This document shows positions 51,641 to 60,636 of a DNA stretch of 64,000 nucleotides, piece after piece (the first letter of the stretch is position 1; every line of letters begins with the position of its first letter). The stretch is from Dictyostelium discoideum. Lineage: Eukaryota. The notes beneath the pieces are model-generated. The model worked only from the letters and a program-made list of their open reading frames with translations, did no database searches and was not told where the DNA came from. The position numbers were made by a program, and so were the translations under genes. Location: positions 3,872,001-3,936,000 of the forward strand of contig CM000150.2 of assembly GCA_000004695.1 (NCBI GenBank), written 5' to 3'.

Positions 51641-54025
51641 ATGAAACAAATAATTTTCATTTTTTTAACTCTATTTATTTCATTAATATTTTCCGAATCA
51701 TCTGTTTATAATAAATTTGAATTCTTAGGCGAAGGATGTTCAGATTTTGGTGATAATTTAACAATTTCAAATTGCCAACCTTTATGTACCAACCATTTTG
51801 CTTCAATTTCACCAAGTAGTTCTATTTCCAATGGTTTTGATATTATTTTATATAATAATTCAGATCAATCATGTAATGTACCACTAATTCCAACCTTAAA
51901 TTTTACTTGTCTTGATAATGAGACTCCAGTTAAATTTGAAGATTTTGCAGTTATTTGTCAACAACAACAACCACCACAACCAGTATCAAAATTTATTAGT
52001 TTCCAATTTTTAGGTGATTCATGCCCAGATAATGGTGATTATTTAAATGTTTCTAATTGTCAAAATGCATGTGGAACTGATTTAATTTCAATTTCTCCAA
52101 GTCCAGATGTAACAGATGGTTTCATTGTAAATTTTTATAATTTAACTGATACTCTTTGTAAAACACCAATTGCTAATGATGTTTTCCAATGTCAAAATAA
52201 TGTCAGTGAATCTATAATTAATGATGGTACTAATGAATTTGATATCTATTGTAGTACCACTGTTCCAACACCAGCTCCATTACCATCTCCTTCCCAATTT
52301 ACTAGATTCTTATTGTATGGTGATTCATGTCCAGATAGTGGTCAATATTTAAATATTTCAAATTGTCAAAATACCTGTGGTACTGATCTCGTTTCAATTT
52401 CTCCAAATCCAACTGTTACTGATGGTTTCCTTGTAAATTTTTATAATTTAACTGATACTCTATGTAAAACCCCAATTGGTAATGATGTTTTCCAGTGTCA
52501 AAATAATGATACCGAATCAATAATCAGTGATGGTGATAATGATTTTGAATTATATTGTGAATATCCAGCAACATTATCCCCATTACCAACAAAAACTCCA
52601 TCACCAACTCCTTCACCAACTCAATCACCAACTCCTTCACCAACTCCTGCCCCATCAAAATATAATGAGTTTGAATTATTGGGCGATAATTGTCCTTCTG
52701 CTGGTGATCAAGTTGTAATTGGTCTTTGTCAAAATGCTTGCAATTATAGATTGGTTAATATTATTCCAAGGGATGATGTTTCTGATGGTTTTATCATTGA
52801 GTACTATAATATTACTGATACTTATTGTCAAACTATTTTAGATACAGACGAATTCCAATGTTCTGCCAGTACTTCAGTTGTTGATTTGTTCAATATTAAT
52901 TGTGAAGCTGTTACTCCTGCACCTCCATCTCCAACTCCAAATCCTTCAAATGGTAATATCTTTGGATTTTATGGTGATTATTGTCCTTCTGCTGGTGATA
53001 GACTTGAAGTTGGACTTTGTCAAAATGCTTGTAATTATAAATTACTTAGTATCATTCCTAGTGACGATGATAATGAATCTTTTAATGTTCAATACTTTGA
53101 ATTAAATGATACCTATTGTCAAACCGTTGTTGATAATGATTATTTCGAATGTGCAGATGGTGAATCAAATATTGATGATTTCCAAGTTAATTGTTTAGTA
53201 ACCCCATCACCATCACCAACTCAAACTCCTTCACCAACTCAAACTCCAACTCAAACTCAAACTCCAACTCAAACTCCAACTCAAACTCCAACTCAAACTC
53301 CAACTCAAACTCCAACTTCAACTCCATCAAGATATAATTATTTTGAATTCTATGGTGATAATTGTCCAGAAGATGGTGATTATTTAGAGGTTGGTCTTTG
53401 TCAAAATGCATGTGATTATTTAAGAGTTAGTATCATTCCAAGACAAGGTGTTACTGATGGATTTACTGTTCAATATTATAAATTAAATGATACAGTTTGT
53501 GATAATCAAATTGATTCTGATGTTTTCCAATGTTCAGGTAGTGCTTCATCTATTGATTATTTTGATATTTATTGTGATGTTTCTACACCATCGCCAACTG
53601 AAACAACAACACCAACCCAAACACCAACTCAATCTCCTTCAACATCAGAATATGATGGTTTTGATTTTTATGGTCAAGTTTGTCCAACCACTGGTTATAA
53701 TCTTACAGTTGGAAATTGTCAAAATCTTTGCGACTATAGAAGAGTTTCTATTATTCCATCCGAAATAACTCAAGATGAATTCCAAGTACAGTTTTATCAA
53801 GTTTCAGATAAAAAATGTGCAAATGTTATTGAATCTTCATCATTACAATGCAATAATGGTGGTAACTCTACAACAATTGATCAATTTAACATTTATTGTG
53901 AAAAATCTTTTACCCCAACTAATACATCCTCTAATTCAAGCCATGAAAATATTGGTTATAAATTTGAAACTAATAATTTATTAATATTACTTTTATTGTT
54001 AATTTCAATTTTTATTTTTTATTAA
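51641..54025 (+). CDS. Secreted, probably GPI-anchored protein, 794 aa. It has a signal peptide, seven tandem Cys-containing domains of about 110 aa, PT/PS/(TQTP)n linkers and a hydrophobic C-terminal tail.
   Basis: Signal peptide is MKQIIFIFLTLFISLIFSES. The repeat consensus is F(E/Q)FLGD.CP..GD.L.(V/I)(S/G)NCQN.C.....(V/I)SI(S/I)P...V(T/S)DGF.V.(F/Y)YN(L/I)(T/N)DT.C.T.I..D.FQC...... Linkers include TPSPTPSPTQSPTPSPTPAPS and PTQTPTQTQTPTQTPTQTPTQTPTQTPTSTPS. The tail after SSNSSHENIGYKFETNN is LLILLLLLISIFIFY. Confidence 0.75.
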   Translation: MKQIIFIFLTLFISLIFSESSVYNKFEFLGEGCSDFGDNLTISNCQPLCTNHFASISPSSSISNGFDIILYNNSDQSCNVPLIPTLNFTCLDNETPVKFEDFAVICQQQQPPQPVSKFISFQFLGDSCPDNGDYLNVSNCQNACGTDLISISPSPDVTDGFIVNFYNLTDTLCKTPIANDVFQCQNNVSESIINDGTNEFDIYCSTTVPTPAPLPSPSQFTRFLLYGDSCPDSGQYLNISNCQNTCGTDLVSISPNPTVTDGFLVNFYNLTDTLCKTPIGNDVFQCQNNDTESIISDGDNDFELYCEYPATLSPLPTKTPSPTPSPTQSPTPSPTPAPSKYNEFELLGDNCPSAGDQVVIGLCQNACNYRLVNIIPRDDVSDGFIIEYYNITDTYCQTILDTDEFQCSASTSVVDLFNINCEAVTPAPPSPTPNPSNGNIFGFYGDYCPSAGDRLEVGLCQNACNYKLLSIIPSDDDNESFNVQYFELNDTYCQTVVDNDYFECADGESNIDDFQVNCLVTPSPSPTQTPSPTQTPTQTQTPTQTPTQTPTQTPTQTPTSTPSRYNYFEFYGDNCPEDGDYLEVGLCQNACDYLRVSIIPRQGVTDGFTVQYYKLNDTVCDNQIDSDVFQCSGSASSIDYFDIYCDVSTPSPTETTTPTQTPTQSPSTSEYDGFDFYGQVCPTTGYNLTVGNCQNLCDYRRVSIIPSEITQDEFQVQFYQVSDKKCANVIESSSLQCNNGGNSTTIDQFNIYCEKSFTPTNTSSNSSHENIGYKFETNNLLILLLLLISIFIFY

Positions 54026-54819
54026 ATAAAAAAATATTTATTTAAATAAATTAATTATTATTAATATTATATGTTAGACATTTTCGCGTTGTTCATGTGA
54101 TTAATAATTCTCTAAATTTTTAAACATTTTTTAAATTTTTTAAAACTGTTACAGTTTTAAAAAAAAAAAAAAAAAAAAAAAATTTAAATTCCTTCACCCA
54201 AATTTTTTTTTTATTTTGGTAAATAGATAGAAAAGGTAAGATTTTATCAAAATATAGTGTCATTTTTTCAAATTAAGTAAAATTTTATAAAAATAAGAAA
54301 TATAATTAAAAAACAATAAAAAATAATTAAATATATTTAAAAAATGAATCTTGTTATAAATAATAAAAAACATATTTAATTAAATATAATAAAGGAAAAT
54401 ATAAAATAAAAAATAATATGTAAAACATTTTCTTTTTTAGTTTTTATTTTTTAATTTATTTTATATTTTATTTTTCCAAATAAAACTTTTTTTAAATTAC
54501 AAACAGTGGAAATTATTCCCAACAAATTTGTAATGATGTGGAAAATATGCATATAAAGACAATATTAATAATAATAAAATTAAAAACCACACTGGTAGCT
54601 CTAATTAGGAAATCTACAAAAATTTCCTTAATTAATTTCAATTTTTTATATCAATTTCAGAACACATATTAATATTTAATTTATTATTATCAATTTTGTT
54701 TAAATTTTTTTTTTTTTTTTACCTGTGATCAGACCTTCAAGGAATGTCCTTGTGTCTTTTCGGCGGTGTTTGTTAAACGGTTTTATTTTTATTATTCAAT
54801 TGTATTAAATTTTTTAAAC

Positions 54820-54829
<10 letters not shown>

Positions 54830-54897
<68 letters not shown>

Positions 54898-55975
54898 ACT
54901 ACTTAAATTGGAAGAGGGTTCGGAGCTGCTGGGGTTTGCCAGGCTTTGTTGAATTTGTATTTGTGAAGATCTTGATTGGTGTTTTTTAGTATTGCTTCGT
55001 CGTGTTTGATTTTCTTTAGTGTGATGAATTTTTCAGTTTCGATGAGATTTAGTTATTCTGTTTCTATGACCTTTTGTTCGAATTTTGGCTCTGGTTTGCT
55101 TTCATCAGTGTTGAACAATTTGTGACAGATTATCTTCCATAATTGGTGTGCTATTATTCCTATGAGATTGGGGAAGATTCTCTCAGTTCTGTTGTATTTT
55201 GATATGTCTAAGGTATCCATCGACCATCTGTGGATTTTGATGAATGATAATTTGTTAACTGTTGATATGATGGTTTTTTCAATATCTAGGATATCTTGGC
55301 ATAGAGTGAAGAGGTGAGAATAAGGGTCTCTGAATAGGTGGCCACAGATCTTGCATCTGGTGTCTCTTTCGTGGTTGATACCTGGAAGTGATCTTGAGAA
55401 GAATCTGAAGAGGGTGTTTCTACCTTTTTGGTGAGAAATGCTGTTGATGTTTATGAATACTTTGGGTATTGCTGTGTTGTATCTCACCGCCCATAACTTC
55501 TGCCATTCTGTTCTTCTTGGTGTTGGGTGTCTGTCTTTGATCATGAGTTCGTAAATTTCTTTCAGTTTTAGTGGTTCGTCATTGTCGTTTCTTATACAGT
55601 CTGGAAGTTCATTTATCTTTGGATGGTTTTGGTAAAATTTGACTCTGAATACACCCCAGTGTCTGCACATATCGTTGAGGGTTGAAGTGTGGGCTTTTTT
55701 TCTACTTAATTGCTCCGTGTACCATTCTTGTAAGGTATTGTTGTTGTTGTTGTAGTTGTTATGGAGTAGCCTGTTCATGTACCAGATTTTGAATGCTATA
55801 TGTCTTAGTTCTATATCCCATAATTTTATGCCTCCTTCTTTCCAATCTGCATATGCTCTGTCTATTTTCATCATAGTTTTGTATTTTCTCTCTTCTGTAT
55901 ATGTATTCTTAACTGAGGAGAATAAGAACCATCTGGTCATGTTAAATTTTGTTTAAATAAATAAAATTTAAAAAA
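54830..55975 (-). mobile_element. 5'-truncated tRNA-gene-targeted non-LTR (L1-clade, TRE-type) retrotransposon. It comprises the ORF2 C-terminal fragment 55053..55940, a 3' UTR and a 66-nt poly(A) tail (the T run at 54830..54895 on the + strand).
   Basis: The minus-strand ORF ends with a CCHC-type Cys motif (CKICGHLFRDPYSHLFTLC), typical of the ORF2 C terminus. It is GC-richer than the surroundings. The poly(A) tail lies at the 3' end. Its truncated 5' end sits about 48 bp downstream of the 3' end of tRNA-Val on the same strand. Confidence 0.65.
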
Positions 55976-55977
55976 GT

Positions 55978-56008
<31 letters not shown>

Positions 56009-56022
56009 TTGTTAAAAATATA

Positions 56023-56095
56023 TGAGATAGATGGGGATCGAACCCACGACCTAACCCGTGTGAAGGGCTCGTGATAACCACTACACTACTTTCCC
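56023..56095 (-). tRNA. tRNA-Val (anticodon CAC), 73 nt.
   Basis: Sequence GGGAAAGTAGTGTAGTGGTTATCACGAGCCCTTCACACGGGTTAGGTCGTGGGTTCGATCCCCATCTATCTCA. The A box TAGTGTAGTGG and B box GGTTCGATCC are intact. The anticodon stem is AGCCC/GGGTT and the loop is TTCACAC. The acceptor stem has one A.A mismatch and one G.U pair. The D arm is identical to vertebrate tRNA-Val. Confidence 0.65.
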
Positions 56096-56109
56096 ATAGG
56101 CTGGAATGT

Positions 56110-56299
56110 TATCCTAAAATTTTTGGGAATTTTTATGATTCTTTTGTAATAATTTAATAGTTAATATTAATCACTATCAATCGGACCGCATCAATAAAAA
56201 GAAGACTCGAAAAATTCAGCCACAACTGGAACTCGAAACTCATGACCATAAAAATCCCGGAACACTTCATACCATACTGCTCATATAACACCAACTACT

Positions 56300-56339
<40 letters not shown>

Positions 56340-56340
56340 A
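56110..56340 (+). mobile_element. Possible retroelement 3' remnant: an approximately 180-bp GC-richer segment ending in a poly(A) tract of at least 40 nt plus an (AATAAT)n run. It begins about 15 to 50 bp upstream of tRNA-Val, on the strand opposite to the tRNA.
   Basis: Composition shift at ..caatcggaccgcatcaataaaaagaagactcgaaaaattcagccacaactggaactcgaaactcatgaccataaaaatcccggaacactt.. followed by a long A run. This location is typical of TRE5-type insertions upstream of tRNA genes. No ORF is retained. Confidence 0.3.
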
Positions 56341-56463
56341 TAACAATAATAATAATAATAATAATATAATAATAATAATAATATAATAATAATAATATAA
56401 TAATAATAATAATAATATAATAATAATAAAAAAAAAAAAAAATAAGAATAACAAGAAAAAAAG

Positions 56464-56498
<35 letters not shown>

Positions 56499-56688
56499 CA
56501 AATAAACTCTCCTAGAACACACTCAAATTGAGTGATGTTATTAAAAAAAAAAAAAAAAATAATTTAATGTGAGAGACCCTGTAAAAAAAAAAAAAAAAAA
56601 ACTAAAAATAAAATGAGATCTAGCATCTCAAGGAGAAGCAACTAATAATTGCGTTATCCAATTCAAAAAAAAATTTGTAATAATTTAT

Positions 56689-56745
56689 TGAACCCACGAC
56701 CTAGCCCGTTTAAAGGGCTCGTGAAAACCACTAAACCACTTTCCC
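56689..56745 (-). pseudogene. tRNA-derived fragment: 5' part of a tRNA-Val-like gene, truncated in the T loop. It is a duplicate of the 56023..56095 copy with about 12 bp of identical upstream flank (ggctggaatgtt on the + strand).
   Basis: Sequence GGGAAAGTGGTTTAGTGGTTTTCACGAGCCCTTTAAACGGGCTAGGTCGTGGGTTCAA.. diverges from the intact copy in the D and anticodon loops and lacks the 3' T-stem and acceptor. Confidence 0.45.
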
Positions 56746-57079
56746 ATAGGCTGGAATGTTATAGGTGGATTTACAAATTTTTATGTTTTTAGTTATCCAA
56801 TTCAAAAAAAATAAAATTTTTATGGTGGTTTCTTCTCTTTCATTGTAAATTTGACACACAAGTTGTTCTAATGTATATCCAAAACTCCATAGTTGATCCA
56901 TATTCAATCATTACCAAGCTTTTTTACATTGTATTCATTAAAACACACAACTATAAAATTAAAAAACCGTGAATATGGCTACTATTTATATTTATTTATT
57001 TATCTTCAACTGTTTTCAATATATTCTTGATAGCTTTGTGTTGGTATAATTTCTTTGGATAGTTCATCTGAACATTGCA

Positions 57080-57391
57080 TCATATAGCCAGAAACCGATC
57101 GGTTCCAATCTTGCTGGCCTTTAGAATATAACTGATTTTTTGATACAACCCCCAACATACCAACTCTATATTACCTTTGATATAACCCTTTTGATTGCTA
57201 AGTCTATTCAAAGACATTTGGAAAACACGTTCATCAATATCAATTTTACGGGCGTACAACATTATAATCCCACCAAGTTTCCATTTACCTCTTTGTTTCA
57301 CATACAAATCTACTAAATCTTCTATAGTAATATCATGATCATATTTTTCTATTTTACCATTAATTACCTTTTTTTTATTTTTTCTAGTTAG
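57080..57391 (-). other. Orphan ORF fragment, probable decayed mobile-element or orphan gene piece. It encodes ..INGKIEKYDHDITIEDLVDLYVKQRGKWKLGGIIMLYARKIDIDERVFQMSLNRLSNQKGYIKGNIELVCWGLYQKISYILKASKIGTDRFLAI*
   Basis: GC-richer open frame with no ATG start, bounded upstream by an in-frame stop. It lies within a region that carries TE remnants. Confidence 0.25.
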
Positions 57392-57455
57392 AAACTATGG
57401 TGGGAATTAAGTAGAAGTTAATTCAATGAAGATAAAGTATTTTCAAAAAAAAATT

Positions 57456-57821
57456 TCAGAATAAATGACATTGTAACAACTGGTGGTCGGTGTCATCAGT
57501 GTTAGTTTTTCCTAATGATTTCTTTATTGTGTTGGTTATTGCTGCTGAAGTTATTGGTGTTGTAATGTTGGGTGATGATGGTGGTGTCGAATGGTTATTT
57601 AATTGTTGTTGAGATTGTTGATTTATTAATTGAATGTGTTGTTGAAGAAGTTGATTTTGTTTATCTATTACCTGTTGCTGTTCCCTTATTTGACGTAGCT
57701 GTTCATTGAAAGTTGATACCTGTGGTTGTTGTTGATGTTCCTCATTATCCTGTTGTTGCAATTCGTCATTATCAATATCTCCATTATTATTGTTGTTGTT
57801 ATTATTATTATTAGTTGACAT
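57456..57821 (-). CDS. Small Asn/Gln-rich coiled-coil protein, 121 aa. It may be a complete small gene or a first exon.
   Basis: ATG-initiated [60 protein letters not shown].. with Dictyostelium-style codon usage. No homology is recognised. Confidence 0.35.
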   Translation of the reverse strand: MSTNNNNNNNNNNGDIDNDELQQQDNEEHQQQPQVSTFNEQLRQIREQQQVIDKQNQLLQQHIQLINQQSQQQLNNHSTPPSSPNITTPITSAAITNTIKKSLGKTNTDDTDHQLLQCHLF

Positions 57822-57964
57822 TCTTTTTTTTTAATTATTTAATAAAATTTGATTATTTATTATTATTAATTTTATTTATTGTTTTATTATTATTGAATTT
57901 ATTTATTTTATTATTAAAATAAGTGATTAATTATTTAAGAAATAAATGTACACATGTATTTAAT

Positions 57965-58100
57965 TGATGACCGTAGCCCTATCGCGTTTTTATTATTTTA
58001 TATTTTTTTTTATTACTGAGGTTGAATTAGAAACCTGGTTTTCTTTTTATAGTCCTCAGATTTGAGCGAACTCAAATCTGTTAACTACTCCAACCTCAGT
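57965..58100. repeat. Nested inverted-repeat structure. Outer arms are gccctatcg / cgatagggt. Middle arms are ctgaggttg / caacctcag. The inner palindrome is gatttgagcgaactcaaatc.
   Basis: Arms compared directly; it is GC-richer than the flanks. Confidence 0.55.
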
Positions 58101-58626
58101 CGATAGGGTTAGATCCAATTTAAACTACAATATTATATTATTTTAATTTTATTCTAATTTATTATTATTTTCTTTTTAATTAAATTATTTTTAAATTTAT
58201 ATTATTTCGTATGGTGATTTTGTGTGTGACATTTTTAATATCTGGTATCTAATATCTATTATGAAAACTTTTGTGAAATTCAAATTAAATTTTTTTTTTT
58301 TTATTTTTTTTTTTGAGTTTATTATATAAAATGAAACAATTTATTAAAATAAATTGTTAGTAATAATTAATATTGAATTATTAATTCAATATTAATAGTT
58401 ATTTTTAAATGTTCTGTTTAGAACATTTCATAAAATTAAATATATATTAGTATTAACAAGATATTTTTGAGATCTTGTTACAGACATTCCTTGTAGAATC
58501 TTGTTCCCTTCTTGTTTTCACTGAGAGCCATTTTTATCTGTTCCAATTTGCAGAACTTTGCATTATACTTATAATTGGTTCAACATTACAAAACTCTTTT
58601 CCATTTTCATCGCGATACTTGATATC

Positions 58627-59600
58627 TTAGGTGATACTATTATCTATTCTATTTTCGGAGAGTGAGTTTAGCTTATCAGATCTTTTAACGAATTCGACCA
58701 TGGTAAAGGCACATCTATTTTGAAAATCATCACAGATCTTTTCTAAAGCTTTTTTAGTTAAACTATAAGTTCCTCTTCTACCTTGTTTTAAATGTTTTTT
58801 TGATTTTGTAAGTGCTCTTGCAGCAACTGTCTCAGTATAAAGTGTACCTTTTTTAAATCTGTGTGTGTAATTATTATGAAAAAAAAAATTAATATTATTA
58901 TAACTATTAAATAATTATAACTATAATAATAAATATAATAATAAAAAATAAAATATTGAAAGAAAATAATGACTACTTACAAACACATTATACACATTTT
59001 ATATGTATTTTTTTTATAATTTGATAATGGTTGAAATTGTAAACATTCATAACATTGTAAAAAAGTTTTTTCATCAGAATCAATAAAAATATCATTTTTG
59101 TCAAACTATTGTGAAAATGGAACAATTAAATAGTATTCATTTTCAATATTTTCCTTTACAAAGTATGATGATCTTGGATATTTTAAATAATGATCCATAA
59201 TTACTTTATTAATATCAACCCCATAATGTTTACTAGCAATATGTGAAAAATATTGAGTTCGTAAACGACAGCAAACCATACAATAACTATTTGGATCATG
59301 ATTATTAGTTTTTCTTTTTTTACCTATTCTAATTGATTCTTGATCTTTTTCAACTGATACTTTATATGGTGATGGTGAAGAAGATGATGGTGATGGTGAT
59401 AGTGATGGTGATGGTGATGGTGATGGTGATAGTGATGGTGATGGTGATGGTGATGGTGATGGTGATGGTGAGGATGTAATTGTTTTATTACTATTATCAA
59501 TTGCTTCATTATTAATTTTATTATAATTTATACTACAACTATTATAAATATCTTGTTGTGATTTTTTATTAAAATAAAAAGAAGTACCAAACTCTTCCAT
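58627..59600 (-). pseudogene. Two-exon gene encoding a Cys/His-rich protein with BED-type zinc-finger-like motifs, interrupted by an in-frame TAG. Exons 58981..59600 (TAG at 59106..59108) and 58627..58858. It is a candidate hAT-transposase-derived gene or pseudogene.
   Basis: Exon 1 reads MEEFGTSF..(SP)n..NSYCMVCCRLRTQYFSHIASKHYG..(TAG)..FDKNDIFIDSDEKTFLQCYECLQFQPLSNYKKNTYKMCIMCL. Its donor is TGT TT|GTAAGT. Exon 2 follows the acceptor acacacag|A and reads FKKGTLYTETVAARALTKSKKHLKQGRRGTYSLTKKALEKICDDFQNRCAFTMVEFVKRSDKLNSLSENRIDNSIT*. The C-x2-C-x10-H-x5-H spacing fits a BED finger. A 54-nt GTAAAG..AATAG interval (59161..59108) could remove the TAG if it is spliced. Confidence 0.4.
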
Positions 59601-59785
59601 ACTATTCTCTCTAATCTCTTGGTTTTCTTTTTCTATTTTTTCATTATATTCATCTTTTGAAAAAGATGTTTCTGGTCCTGAAGGATAAACAAATTTTGGT
59701 GAAGAATTTTTATTTATTTTTGAATTATTTTTATTTTTTTAAAAAGAGGCATTATATAAAATTTCTTTTAAAAGAATAAATAATT

Positions 59786-59968
<183 letters not shown>

Positions 59969-60636
59969 TGAATAATGGTTTTAATAATAATAATAATTTT
60001 AATAATAATAAAAATAATATTATTAATCTATTTCCCCAATTTCTTTGAATTACGATCTCGGGTTTAATTTTTAAAAAAAAAAAAATAAGAAAAATGGTGG
60101 TAATTGTTTTTATTGTTTATTTTTTTATTTAAATAATGAAAAAATATATTACGTTATTTTTAAAGAATTAATTTCATTTAAATTTTAATAAAAAATCCTA
60201 TATCTTATATTTACAATATTGTATAGAAAACTGAATTTTATCTAAAATTATTTAGGGAAGTTTAATAGATAATAAAAAAAAGAGGCCAAATTACCCATAG
60301 ACCTATAAAATTACTATTCAAACCTAAATACTGAAATTTTTTAATCAGGCCAAACTTTTGGAGAGTTGACTTTTTTTTTTTCTTTTTTTTTTTTTAAATA
60401 AAATAAATATAATTTATATAGCACAATGAAGGAATATTAAAACGAATAATTTAAAAATTAAATAGAAATTTTATATTAAAAATATTTTATAAAAAAAAAA
60501 AAGTAAAAATAAATAAAAAAAATTAAAAAAAAAAAAAAAAAAAAAACTATTATAAAGATTTTAATTGTCTTTTTCATATATATATATATTAATTAAATGG
60601 AAATTTTAAATGAAAAAACTCCTTTTTAACTTTCAA

